Below are positions 40,945 to 53,839 of a stretch of 64,000 nt of DNA, piece after piece. The stretch is taken from positions 29,822,001 through 29,886,000 of the forward strand of contig NC_042999.1 in assembly GCF_006345805.1 (NCBI RefSeq), read 5' to 3'. A program made the position numbers and the translations under genes. The notes under the pieces were generated by a model. The model was not told where the DNA came from, did not search any database, and saw nothing but the letters and a program-made list of their open reading frames with translations. Source of the DNA: Octopus sinensis (lineage: Eukaryota). Positions within the stretch are counted from its first letter, which is position 1, and every line of letters starts with the position of its first letter.

Positions 40945-41885
40945 GTGAATTATTCAAACCCCAAAGAATTCGTATTCACACATAGCTTTGATGCTCCGCC
41001 AATATGTCCTCTTAATCAGAGATACATATATCATCAACCATAATGTTACATGCTCAACTGGTTAAGGTCAAACAACTTCGAAATAAATCTGTGCTATAGA
41101 GCAGGATACTTACTGTAGCCCATATTTATACCAAGAAACATCATATACGTGATAACACTTCTAATCAGTTAAGACCAACAGTCATGAGCGCCAGTGCATG
41201 TTTCTACGTCAGGGCATTAATTATTATCATTATTCTTGTTGTAGTTGTTCTTGCTCTTGTTCAAAATTTGGTAGTTTCAGGCAAATTTCTACTACATCAT
41301 CTGATACACCTCCAGATTGCTGGGGTGTGTGCAGCGTTGTGTGTTTTTTTTTAGTTGGGAGAGAGCAAATTCTTCCAGGTATTACAGTACGTCAGTTTCT
41401 TTTCTTTCTCTTCGGTGTGATGCAGTATTTTGTCTTATTAGTGTTTGTAGTGTATGTTACATATGTAATGAATTGGTCACGTAGCTTGCTGGTGGTAGTT
41501 TATTTCATTCTGTATAGAATGCCTTGTGTTTGTGAATTATTGAATGTTATGTACCTTGTGTAGTATTTGAACTGTTGATAGCAGGACCATTTGTTTGGAT
41601 AGTGTTTAGTGTTGAGAATCCAGAAATAGTTTCAACATCTTCGTTAATCTGTTTCTTTGCTATCATGCCAAATGCTCCACTTATTACTGGTATTGTTTAC
41701 ACCGTAATGCACCACATCTTCAATACTTTAATTTCTAGGTCTTTGTACTATGACAATTGCTTCACCTTAACCACTTGTACGTGTTTTCTGTTCGCTTACA
41801 ATATGTGTATCTCTGATCATGAGTAGGAGTAGTGGGGGCGCATCATAGCTATGTAGTGAAATAAATTTTTTGTGGTTTGAATAAA
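40945..41885. repeat. Inverted pair of an interspersed repeat (~40945-41075 and ~41760-41885)
   Basis: ttattcaaaccccaaag..catagctttgatgc..atcagagatacatat versus atatgtgtatctctgat..gcatcatagctatg..ggtttgaataa. Confidence 0.65.
41655..41760 (-). mobile_element. R4/Dong-like LINE restriction-like endonuclease fragment
   Basis: Minus strand YKDLEIKVLKMW..PVISGAFGMI. Confidence 0.55.
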
Positions 41886-42706
41886 TTTCGCAAGAAAAGA
41901 AAAGTTTGAAGGAAATGTTAGCAATTTTTCCTACTTTCTAATGGTAAACACACAGGGAAAACAGTTGCTAGACAAGGACAAAAATCGTGTTACTCACAGT
42001 CATTTGGGGCAGTTTAAGTCTTGAGGATATTACTGTTTGAACATGTGGTTGGATATATAAGAGCAAATGTTGCTATACAAGAGCAAAATTTGTTCAGACA
42101 ATAACCGATGCATATCATTAAAATTATTTCAATTAGAATGTTCTGTATCTTTAGAAATTCAGTATAGTTCAATATCGATCAATATAGATCAATATCGAGC
42201 ACAGTTGTGTATTGTACCGCAGCACAAATTAAATAATAATTTAATTCAAATAACTATTTATAAAATTTATGTTTACATAGAGTCTAATTAGTCATCATGG
42301 TGTGATGTGTGCTATGGAAATATGTTAAATATTTACTCAAATGCAATAATGCCTGTGTCAACTGAATCAACGCTATCATCATTAAATTACATTTTTCATG
42401 ATTTCTTATTTTAATAAGGAAAGAGTCATCCAGGGAGCGTTAATGAATGTATTTTAAATGAAAAATTTCAAGCGATTATGTTTCACAATATATGTGTCAA
42501 ATAAATATATAATGGAAGAAAAGAAAAACGTGTCCACGCTAACTCAGTTAATTATCAATGATGTACTGACAACTATTCAAAATTCTTATAATGTAATATA
42601 TAAAGAACTGCAAAATTGAAGACACTAAAGCACCCACACAGACGCACATACACACGTGCAAACATATCTTCTAAGTGTGTGTGAATTTCTCTTTGCATGT
42701 TTATTT

Positions 42707-42753
<47 letters not shown>

Positions 42754-43647
42754 GCTATATGACTGTATGTATTATTACTTATCAGTAAATAAATATTTGA
42801 AGTAAAGACTATTGGTCAACATATGTGATTGTCTTAGAAGGGACGATTTTTACTGCTGTTTATTCCCAGGAAGTATCATTTACCGCTGGTTATTCGACGC
42901 CATATTTATGTCCTTATATATTCGGATATGGAGTCCATCACCCTCAGCCAGTTGGGAACTAGGTTTTCTGTAGTTGAACAACTATAACAATCGTCTCTTC
43001 CAGGACAACCACATTACGTTTTTAAATAGCCTTCACTTTAAAGAACTGTTACTGAATATCACACTTCGGGAGATTTAAAAAAGAAAAAAAATATCTTATT
43101 AAAACTATGAGTGAAAATTCTATTAAAATTTCGCAGAGGGAATGTACGCTTAATGTTATGATTTCAAATAAGTGTTCCCACATTGTTAGTGAAACTGAGA
43201 TACATAGACGCACTTATATCTTCAATGCAAACGCAAAGCCAACTTCCACGGTAGGGAGACAACTGTTTGAATACAAGGTGCACGCATAAAGTATGGATCT
43301 GTTAAGCAAGGGGTGATTTTCAAAATCTTTATCATTCAAATATGGGATTGATAAATACATATGACTGCTGCAATGACATTTGCCATTTTCTCCGTTATGT
43401 GTATAAGCATAATAAATAAAGTATATTTCTCCCACTTGTATGATTGTCTAATATAATCTGTGACCTTGTAATGAAATTAGTCGGTTTTTGTATTTCGGAA
43501 TTAGAAACTCGACGGAAACCAAAAGAAAATATTAGGAATTTCAATGGAGTCTCACAGCACAATTTCGTTTCAATAGTTTAATGCCTACAAAAGACAAAGT
43601 ATTCAGTATATGCAATTGTTCAATATTTATCCTTATTTTCAGTGTAC

Positions 43648-43725
<78 letters not shown>

Positions 43726-43779
43726 GATAGATAGATAGATAGATAGTAGATAGATAGATAGATAGATAGATAGATGTAT

Positions 43780-43853
43780 ATCTTTGTTTGTCTGTGCTTG
43801 TTCCCACCAACATCACTTGACAACCGTTGGTGGTGTGTTTACATCCCCGTAGA
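43780..43853 (+). mobile_element. SINE 3'-half fragment
   Basis: ttgacaaccg..tggtgtgtttacatccccgta homology to 55780-55845 (rc). Confidence 0.6.
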
Positions 43854-44205
43854 CATGAATGGATACTAACAGAAATGTATTTAGATACTACTTTGAAATC
43901 AAATACGTCTTCGGGATCAAAGAACCTATCCGGCACAGTCACTCGTAGCTTCCCAAGTGGTACCCTGAAAACACTCTCATATATATATATACAAAACCTT
44001 CTCAGAATACATATGCTTAAAATATAAGTGGGGAGGGAGAAGGCTTTACAAATCCGACAGTTCGTTCTCAGGACTGGACGTTACGTGTTGGCAGGTGAAA
44101 TCCATCGCCAATTTTTATCAGTGTGGATAAATAATGATACGTGTGTGTGCGTTTGTGTATACATTTTGTGGTGTGTTGTGTGTGTATGTGTGTGTCTGTA
44201 TGTAC

Positions 44206-44337
<132 letters not shown>

Positions 44338-44339
44338 AT

Positions 44340-44370
<31 letters not shown>

Positions 44371-44951
44371 TTCTTAAATTTGTTTATGATAAACGTTTGT
44401 AAAACACAAATAAAGATTCTATTCCATTCGGCCGGCCACAGTGTATTGATGCTGACTACTGAATCAGCATTTGAGGGGTGCGTCGTATTAATGTAGCTTA
44501 AATGTAGTAATAATAACAATAATACTTGAATGGAATTTATTAATATTTAATACATGGTTACGCGCATTTCCACAAAGGTCACGTCTTTTACGATCATAAT
44601 CCTTGTTCCTTGAATGATTACTTTGCACTCTGTAGTATCCGTTACCATCGAGATGATCATATCAATGCATTCATTTCTTCCAGTAATATAACATTTATAC
44701 ATGTAAAATGGATGTTATATCACCTGAAAAAATGAATCCATGAATACAATTAACCCGTTCCCCACGTATGATACGGACTAAACTATAATCTTATCCGGAA
44801 TACGGACAGCGATTTTAAGAGACGTATGATTTGTAGATACACGCGGAGTGATGTATTACGTGTTTATAAATTCCATTCAAAGATTATTATTAACATTATT
44901 AGAGATGTATATATAAAAATATGTGTGTGAGTGCGTATGTTTATTCATATA

Positions 44952-45120
44952 TAGGCGCGAGAGTAGCTAGGGTGTACGGAGCTTGCTTCCCAACAAAACG
45001 GTTCCGCGTTCAGTCCCATTACGTGAAAAATTGGACGAGCGTCTTCTACTAAAGCACCGGACCAACTAAAATTTTATGAATGGATTTGGTAGAGGAAAAC
45101 AGAAAGGAATCCAATCGTAT
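44952..45120 (+). mobile_element. tRNA-derived SINE head followed by (TA)n
   Basis: ggcgcgagagtagct...gttcagtccca...tggatttggtaga. Confidence 0.7.
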
Positions 45121-45123
45121 GGG

Positions 45124-45212
<89 letters not shown>

Positions 45213-45222
<10 letters not shown>

Positions 45223-45663
45223 TAATAAAGTGTTATTTGCAAAAAGTTGCTTAAACCACAAACCGAAAATATTAGAAATAGCAGCCAAATAGGTTACCAT
45301 TATTATTACTACAAAAATAAGTCTCCACAAACAATAGTATTTGTAACCCGTATATGGTAAAGAGAAAGAAGATAGCGAAATCACACAGTCTACTTTGGAT
45401 TAATAATGGACGAATCATTTCTGGATTAGAATCGAAAATTCATTTCCTTATCAACATAATATTTCTTATAAATCTAAAGTTTCGTAGATTCATTGTAAGG
45501 TTGCTAGTTCTAATATTTTCGGTATGTGGTTTAAGCAACTTGTTGCAAATAACCCTTTATTATAATTATATAAAATTTTTACCGAATATGGTCCTTTCCA
45601 TACCGAAATAACTACTAGGTGAAATTTATTAATTTTATTTATTTAATTATATTTCACCCTTTA
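45213..45663. repeat. Fold-back family B element within (TA)n
   Basis: ~75-bp arms (45213-45287 / 45499-45573), ~210-bp spacer, ~90-bp unique tail. Confidence 0.85.
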
Positions 45664-46007
45664 TATATATATATTTACGTACCTGTACTGAAACAAATAA
45701 TACGTATTCTTTATTACAAGGGAAAACGAAAGTAATTTTTCATATTTTAATGTAAGCCCAGGTTGTGCCACCCTGTTTCCTCAAACGTTCGGGGAAGGGA
45801 TGAACTACTTTCTGAAAGATGTCGACTGGGAGATTATTCGAGTCTTGATTTGTACACCTACTTTTTGTGTAACCCCACACGTAAAAACCGCGTTGTGTGA
45901 GATCTGTACATTTTTGAGGCTATTCCTTATTCCATTCTGCAGTCATCGTCTTCAGGTTTTTGCCCCTGCGCGTAATGATGTGTACACGGCCTAAAATTCA
46001 TTTCTTT

Positions 46008-46172
46008 AGGCGCTGGAGTGGCTATGTGGTAAAACGCTTGCTTCCCAACCACACGGCTCGGTGTTCAGTACTAATGTGTAGCACCGTAGATAAGTGTATT
46101 CTACTATAACCTCGGACCGACCAATAACTTGTGAGCGGATTTCCTAGACGGAGACTGAAAAACACGTGTCGT
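46008..46172 (+). mobile_element. tRNA-derived SINE head
   Basis: ggcgctggagtggctatgtggtaa...gtgttcagta...gacggagactgaaa. Confidence 0.8.
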
Positions 46173-46422
46173 ATATATATATATATATTATATATATATA
46201 TATATAGCAATAATAACTCTCTAAATGAGATATAGACAGTAACTGCTCCATAACATAAGGGACTAAAGCCATCTGAATATGGCTAGGGACAGGGCAGGGT
46301 GGTGGGGGTGTTACTGTTGCATTTAGCCCCAGGCGAACATCAACGTCGCCAGATAGGCTTGACACCATCACGGCGTCCTTTAACCTGCAAAGGGAGATAA
46401 TTCCCCGATGAAGCGGAAACCA

Positions 46423-46468
46423 CTAACAGACCTAGGTTTCAAGGTGTATTGCCTATCATCAAGGTGTG
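46423..46468 (-). ncRNA. Minimal type-I hammerhead ribozyme, copy 1
   Basis: Minus strand cacacc-TTGATGA-T-AGG-caatacac-CTT-GAA-ACCTAGGT-C-tgttag; core identical to copy 2, stem I mismatched. Confidence 0.6.
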
Positions 46469-46753
46469 GTAGGCCCCCGCTCCCTCGACAAACAACTCAC
46501 TCTGCAGGATATTTATATATAGATTTTCAAGCAAAATACATTTGCTGATTTCGAAAATCTGTTTGACAGCAATAATAATTCTGTAAATGAGATATAGACA
46601 GTAACTACTCCATAACATAAGGGACTAAAGCCATCTGAATATGGCTAGGGACAGGGAAGGGTGGTGGGGGTGTTACTGTTGCATTTAGCCCCAGGCGAAC
46701 ATCAACGTCGCCAGATAGGCTTGACACCATCACGGCGTCCTTTATCCTGCAAA

Positions 46754-46796
46754 ACGTTGATGATAGGCAATACACCTTGAAACCTAGGTCCGTGTG
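46754..46796 (+). ncRNA. Minimal type-I hammerhead ribozyme, copy 2
   Basis: ACG-TTGATGA-T-AGG-caatacac-CTT-GAA-ACCTAGGT-C-CGT: U3 variant core, extra U9b, palindromic stem III, GUC cleavage triplet ending at 46790. Confidence 0.7.
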
Positions 46797-46965
46797 TGGT
46801 TTCCGCTTCATCGGGGAATTATCTCCCTTTGCAGGATAAAGGACGCCGTGATGGTGTCAAGCCTATCTGGCGATGTTGATGTTCGCCTGGGGCTAAATGC
46901 AACAGTAACACCCCCACCACCCTGCCCTGTCCCTAGCCATATTCAGATGGCTTTAGTCCCTTATG

Positions 46966-47004
<39 letters not shown>

Positions 47005-47007
<3 letters not shown>

Positions 47008-47900
47008 GTCCGCGAGGCTCATAGAGCTTCTGATCCTTATCAGCCAAAATCTGAAGCAATTGCGAATTCATGCCAACGTCATTATTGAATTTTTCCCATG
47101 AAAATAAATAGTAATCTGATGGTGAAGAGTGATGACTAGATGATAGATATGATATCCCTTCTCAACCAGGGCTCCATAATTTTTCACGAGTTAGCAAAGG
47201 CGTGTTGTCATTTTGGAACACGATTCCTGTAGGAATTGCCAATTCTGGTAATGTTATTTATTTATTTTTTGCTTCCCTCAGTTTCATTCGCTGTTGACAT
47301 TAAACATCTGAATTATTTGTTTAGTTCCTTCAAAGCAGCTGAAAATGCACGACGCGTTTCTAATCCCAACAAATTTGATGCAATTCAGCTCTCAATGTGG
47401 TTTCTGCTGGGTTTATTTCGCTTTGGACCACAACCGTTTTCGATTGATGTTATTGTAGACAATCTATTTTTCATCACAAGCGATGCTTCGTTTAAAAAAA
47501 ATGTTCGATTTCAATGCAATTGCGATGTATATCGTAAATATTGATTCGTTGTGCAAAGTGAATCGCTTTTATTTCATGCGGAATCCAAAAATAGCGCTTC
47601 TTAAGGGGTCCAAGTCATATTAAGTGATTTTCGATTTTGTGTGGTACATGTAAACACTCTGCAATCTGTTTCAAAGTTGTATAACAATCAATTCATTCAT
47701 CATCAACGGAGGTCGACCAGAATGTTTTCTTTGAATGAGAAATCTGCAGAAGGGAATTCTTAAAATCACTTCTCACATGAGCCTTCTATTAAGCAAACGA
47801 CACCATAAATTTTTATTTGTCAGTCAGGGGAGTTGTCTTGCCTTTACAAGAATAAAAAGGCAAAATATGATGGAATTGTACGTTTTAGCACTACATTTTA
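47005..47900 (-). mobile_element. Decayed mariner transposon
   Basis: Minus strand HSGRP, WIPHE, IACDEK*IVYNN, IVFQNDN, PSDYYLF. Confidence 0.8.
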
Positions 47901-48072
47901 AAAATAAAACTGAATAGCTGTGAAGTAAATTACGCGCAGTTTGCTTCTTATGTAATCTAATAGTAAGGCCTATAAAATGTCCAAAGAAAAAAACTTTACT
48001 TTGAGAAAAGTCATTCTAGAGAAGCGTAACTCTATATATATAAGCATTTAATATATATATATATGTATGTGC

Positions 48073-48121
<49 letters not shown>

Positions 48122-48126
<5 letters not shown>

Positions 48127-48362
48127 AAATAAGAAATGGAAGAATAGATTCCTTTCAATCATCAACTTACAGATAATACCAATTCATATAATTTATTAAC
48201 TAAGGAATCTATTCCTCCATTTTCTTATTTTGTATTATGAATTTGAGGTAAAACATTTTACCTTCGCCCATATAATACAATAAGTGAACTAATTGCTTTG
48301 GCAGTTTATTGGATAAATGATATCCCATAGTGGGTTACACTCATAACCCTATCTCACTTTGT

Positions 48363-48368
<6 letters not shown>
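48122..48368. repeat. Fold-back family C insert within (TA)n
   Basis: atacaaaataagaaatggaagaatagattcctt / aaggaatctattcctccattttcttattttgtat, then ~130-bp tail. Confidence 0.8.
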
Positions 48369-48423
<55 letters not shown>

Positions 48424-48428
48424 TATAT

Positions 48429-48473
<45 letters not shown>

Positions 48474-48494
48474 ATATATATATATGTATATATG

Positions 48495-48692
48495 CTTGTT
48501 TGTCTGTGTTATCCAAGCATCATCTATTAACAGGTTGGCCTGTTTACATCCCCGTAAATTAGATGTTTAGCAAAAGAGACTGATGGAATAAGTACCTGGT
48601 TTAGAAAGAATATGTCCTCGTATGAATTTCTTCTACTACAGGCGGTTATCCCAAATGGCTGCAATCAAATGAAGAAAAGAAATAAGAGAATA
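48495..48692 (+). mobile_element. Old SINE 3' half after a microsatellite
   Basis: tgtttacatccccgtaa..ttag..gcaaaagagac..aataagtac. Confidence 0.65.
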
Positions 48693-48713
48693 TACATACA
48701 TACACATGTATAT

Positions 48714-48757
<44 letters not shown>

Positions 48758-48775
48758 GTGTGTGTATATAAATGA

Positions 48776-48815
<40 letters not shown>

Positions 48816-48972
48816 GTATATATATATACATACATATATGTATATATACATACATATATATATATATATTAAGATTAATGTAAAAAATTAATAACACTGA
48901 AGCAAAATAAAACTAAATATATAGTGCGTGTGTTTTTATTGGCTATACTGGCAATATGACCATTCCGAAAAT

Positions 48973-49012
<40 letters not shown>

Positions 49013-49077
49013 TATATATATATATATATTATATATAATAGTATATGTGTATATGTATATGTGTATGTATATGTGTC

Positions 49078-49115
<38 letters not shown>

Positions 49116-49251
49116 ATATATATATATTCATATATATATGTCTATATATATGTATATATGTATATATATATATACATATATACATATTTATAGACATATA
49201 TGTATGAATATATATATATATGTATGTATATATATATAGACACATATACAT

Positions 49252-49284
<33 letters not shown>

Positions 49285-49288
49285 CATT

Positions 49289-49321
<33 letters not shown>

Positions 49322-49974
49322 GCATATATATATATACATACATATATATATATGCAATATATGCATATGCATATCTCCATGTATGTACGTTTAAGGATTA
49401 AGAATGTTTGTGCTTTTGATAGTAATGTTGTAATGGCTACATGTATTTACTAAATGTTTTTTGTATTTTGGTATATGTGTGTATTAGAATACGTGCGTGC
49501 GTATGTGTATTTGTATGAATATATGTGTGAGAGTGTGTGCGCGCGCGTACATGTAGAACATTGAATCAATAATCACGCACCATGTTAGAAATATTTTTGT
49601 CTTTTTCTTACGTTCAAATCTATTTTATGAATATGTCATTTCAGTGCATTTGTGTTATTCCATGATTTATTGAAAATTATTCTGAAACATAATGCATTAA
49701 AAATCATTGATCACTTGTTTTCCACCAACCATTATCCGGATTTTTACGTTTGGTCTGTAATTTCTAAACGAAACTTATCAAATATATGCATATGGAATTA
49801 TGATTTTTTTTCTACGCATATCGTAGAAACATGAGTAACATAAGTATATGTTCGTGTGTTTCCGTGTGTGTACGTGTGTATGCTTGCATATGGGCATATC
49901 AATACATGCACATATATACATGTAAATATATTTATACAAGTATATGCATAAGTATATATATAATATGGATATAT

Positions 49975-50026
<52 letters not shown>

Positions 50027-50223
50027 TAGATATATATATATATATATACATATATTATATATGTATGTATGTTTATATATATTCATATATATAATACACA
50101 TAAGTATATAAATATAAATATGTATATATATACATATATAATATGTATAATATATATATATATTCATATATATATATATATATATACATAAGTATATATT
50201 ATATAATATATATGTATACACTA

Positions 50224-50274
<51 letters not shown>

Positions 50275-50343
50275 GTATATCTGTGAGTTTGGGTAGTTAC
50301 GTCAGCCTGAGTTTACATTCATATATACATGCACATAGACACC

Positions 50344-50419
<76 letters not shown>

Positions 50420-51254
50420 TATATTATATATATATATAGTATTACAGATTCTCGTGCGCACACACACATGTACACATACACACAACACACAAACGCACAT
50501 ATATATGTTTAGAGAGAGTGAGTGCAGGAGAGAACTTGCCTTCAAATATTGATGCAATGTTTTATTCAAACGTAATTTATTCTTCTTTACATTAGTGTTA
50601 GTTATTTCAGTGTACTCACGAATTTGATTAATTCAAGTAGGAGCACTTATACTCAAGTGAATCAATGCAGCATTTTATAATTTTTTTACCTATTTTATTG
50701 ATTTCTGGATGTGTGAATTAGAAATCCAAAATCAGCAAAAAGTTACCACAAATATTAGATGATAATAATGACTATTTGGCATTTAGCCTTACGTTCAACA
50801 GGTCTGCCAAATAGCCCACGACTGTAACATCAATATTTTATGCTGATTCATGGGAAATAGCTTAAAAGATAGAAAACTATGACGGTATGCTTCACTATCT
50901 AATCCTTCTTTCACATAGTAATTCTTCTCTTGCAACTGAACAGATCAACTGGGAGAAATATTAGGGATTTCATACATTTTTTTAAATATGATTTCATTAT
51001 CTGCGTTAAGTGATTGACATCTGAAATCGTATAACGCATTGACATAATGAATCAATGAACTATACCCTTTTTAAAGTAACAGATACCAATGTAATGGCCG
51101 GAAATGACAGCTTGTTATATAGAAGGTGGTACAGAATAAATATAATAAAGTGTGGGTATGCTTCTGCATGTGTGTGCTAGGGGAGATAGTTTGTGTGTGT
51201 GTGTGAAATGATTGAAGTAAGTGAGCGGGTGTGTGTGTATGTGTGCGTCTCAGC

Positions 51255-51465
51255 GAGGAGATCATATACATTGTTATTGCCATACATCAACGCTTGCGTT
51301 GTCCTGGCCATATAAAATGGCGCAGAACTGTGTTCGAAAACTTTCGGTCTTCCGTTCTTTACTTTGTCTATCATAGCATTCTCCAACACCTCTGTGTAGA
51401 CCGTATTCATTCTAGTCAAATGAAACATAAACCGTTCTCCTTCGCATTTACTACGACTTGATCGA
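51255..51465 (-). mobile_element. maT/DD37D-like transposase fragment
   Basis: VYTEVLE..DKVKNGRPKVFEHSSAPFYMARTTQA resembles GRPYVFQQDSAPxHxARTTQxW. Confidence 0.6.
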
Positions 51466-51922
51466 GTTTTTTAAAACTTAATTTGTTATTTTTACTGTCC
51501 CCTAATATGTTTTCTTGCTTCCTTCTGAACACCCTTTACAATTTTGTAAAATTTTTGTTCTGCAAAGGAAGCAATAAAAATAGCGCATATTCAACTGTAA
51601 ACAGGGACATGTTTTTGGTATTTGGCTACCAATAAAACAAGAAATGTCTCCTTAATATTGTGGTTCCATCCCTGGAGAGCAACTGTCTGTTGAGAAAACT
51701 GCTGATTTTTAGGACTCAAAATTTTCTATCTATAATTTTTTAAAATGTTCAAAAGAATATTTTTGTAAATTTTTTGTGTTGTTAATTCTAGTTTTGTACT
51801 AATGAGGAAGTCCTGCGATCCACTTGTGTATTTCGTTGTTCGAAAAAATAGTACATGTTCCATGTACTCATACTTCGAATTTTTTATTATACACGTTTCA
51901 TGACGGCCTGTGCCCACATATG

Positions 51923-52101
<179 letters not shown>

Positions 52102-52369
52102 TATGTATATACACGTATAGATGTATGTACATATACTTATGTATATATGCTTACCTGTAAATTTAACATTTATATTATTCCATGATTGGACGTCCCGCAT
52201 CGACTTTCAAGTGAGTTTTATCTTAATAATTCTGAGGCGCATTCTAAACGATATTTTTTTACGCTTTCATGTTCTCACTTTTCTCTCTCTAATTCTTTTA
52301 CCTCCTCTTTTCCCACTATTCTATCCTATTTCTCTATCACTCCCTCTCAGGAGTGGTCACCCCTGTTGT

Positions 52370-52532
52370 AGTCTTTCGCCCAAACTTTCTCTCACTCTCT
52401 CTTCCTGTTTCTTGTGTAACGCTATGATGGACTGGCGTCCCGTCCAGCTTGGGGGGGGGCACATACGCCACAGAAACCGGGAAACCGGGCCCATGAGCCT
52501 GGCTAGGCTTGAAAAGGGCGCCTAAATAAATA
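52370..52532 (+). mobile_element. SINE 3' part (family of 3160-3426)
   Basis: ctttcgcc.aactttctctcactct shared; gatggactggcgtcccgtccag central block. Confidence 0.7.
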
Positions 52533-52581
52533 ACACATATATATGTATATATGTATGTAGATCTTTAGCTGGACTAAAAAG

Positions 52582-52654
52582 TCACATTTGATCACAGCAC
52601 CAGTGACAGCTAAGCTTTGTGCAATGGCCATACTCGATAACGATGGGGCAGCCA
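52582..52654 (+). mobile_element. RTE 3' tail fragment
   Basis: caatggccatactcgataacga.ggggc.gcca shared with 31311-31350 (rc). Confidence 0.65.
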
Positions 52655-52680
52655 TATATATATATATATATTATATATAT

Positions 52681-52789
<109 letters not shown>

Positions 52790-53839
52790 TAATCAATAAC
52801 TTTAAATACGTATAACCTGAATGTATGGAATTTAAAAGACATTCTTCGTGTGCCTGACGTCATCAGATGGCATGGATATAAGTTCCACTAGACTTTTTTC
52901 AGAAATTCGTTCGTTTTCGTCGATTATATATAATCTGCGATAAACGGAAAATGTTATTAACGGAATTATTTATTAATGACTACGAATACGTCGGTCTATC
53001 GTGCATCAGTCTTTCGCGGGTGATATTCTGTAGAATTTATTATGTGCATCGTTTCGTGGAGTCGTCAGTGGCATTTCAAATGGCCATATTCCGTTTACTA
53101 AACCTTGCTTCCATTGGTACGATTGTTACTCATTTCATTATGTGCCTTTTAAAGTTTGCGTACAAGGAAGGTCAGGGTTTGGAATGATTTTGAATGAAGT
53201 ACTGTTCATTTCATTGGTAATGAGCCTACTTACAATTAATCATAATTAAAATCCTTATATATGCATCAAATGTAATAAAGAAAATAAAATTTGCATATGT
53301 ATACAATGAGTAGGTTAATCAAGTACTATGCTTTCGTTGGTAAAGATATACATGAAATAAATCCATAAAGGCATAGGACTGCCAAGTATTATACGAAGAG
53401 AGAAAACACAACGACACGATGGAACTTTTCGGTAGTTATTGGTGACTATAGTATATTATGTATTGAAGATATATAATGTATGGAAGTATGTACGTAGGAA
53501 TGACTGTATATATGCCTGTATGTATGGATGGATGTAATATACATCTATGTGTCCATTGGGATCAGTAGGCATGATTTTATGCATATGTATATTTGTATGC
53601 ATATATACATCCATTTTTTTCTTCGCGACGAAATAATCGAATAAGCAAATATTGAGAAAATAGCTTTCATTGCAGTCATGCTGTATATTTGATCTTCCCT
53701 CTGACATCTCACTCTAGTTTCTGCAGACAATTAGGGAACTAGATAAATTTCGGTTAAAACATTTCAGCGTCATTTGTTATTCAAAACAAAACGTTATTTT
53801 TTTTTAACTACAAGTAATGTTTCTTATAAAACTAGCTTT

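Larger units (their letters stand above)
46207..46969. mobile_element. Hammerhead-containing ~362-nt non-coding repeat (non-LTR retrozyme / PLE pseudo-LTR-like), tandem plus inverted copies
   Basis: Direct copies start at 46207 and 46569; inverted arms 46612-46753 / 46828-46969; two hammerhead cores; (TA)n on both sides. Confidence 0.8.

Noticed and set aside
46846-46882. SECIS-like motif (GUGA..AA-ministem..UGA) in the hammerhead unit, of interest because some PLEs carry SECIS
   Set aside because: Only ~7 nt between UGA and AA (canonical 11-12), a weak G-U-rich helix and no associated ORF
52830-52872. CTGATGA..CGAAG on the minus strand as a possible hammerhead
   Set aside because: GAAG instead of GAAA, and no stem I or stem III pairing
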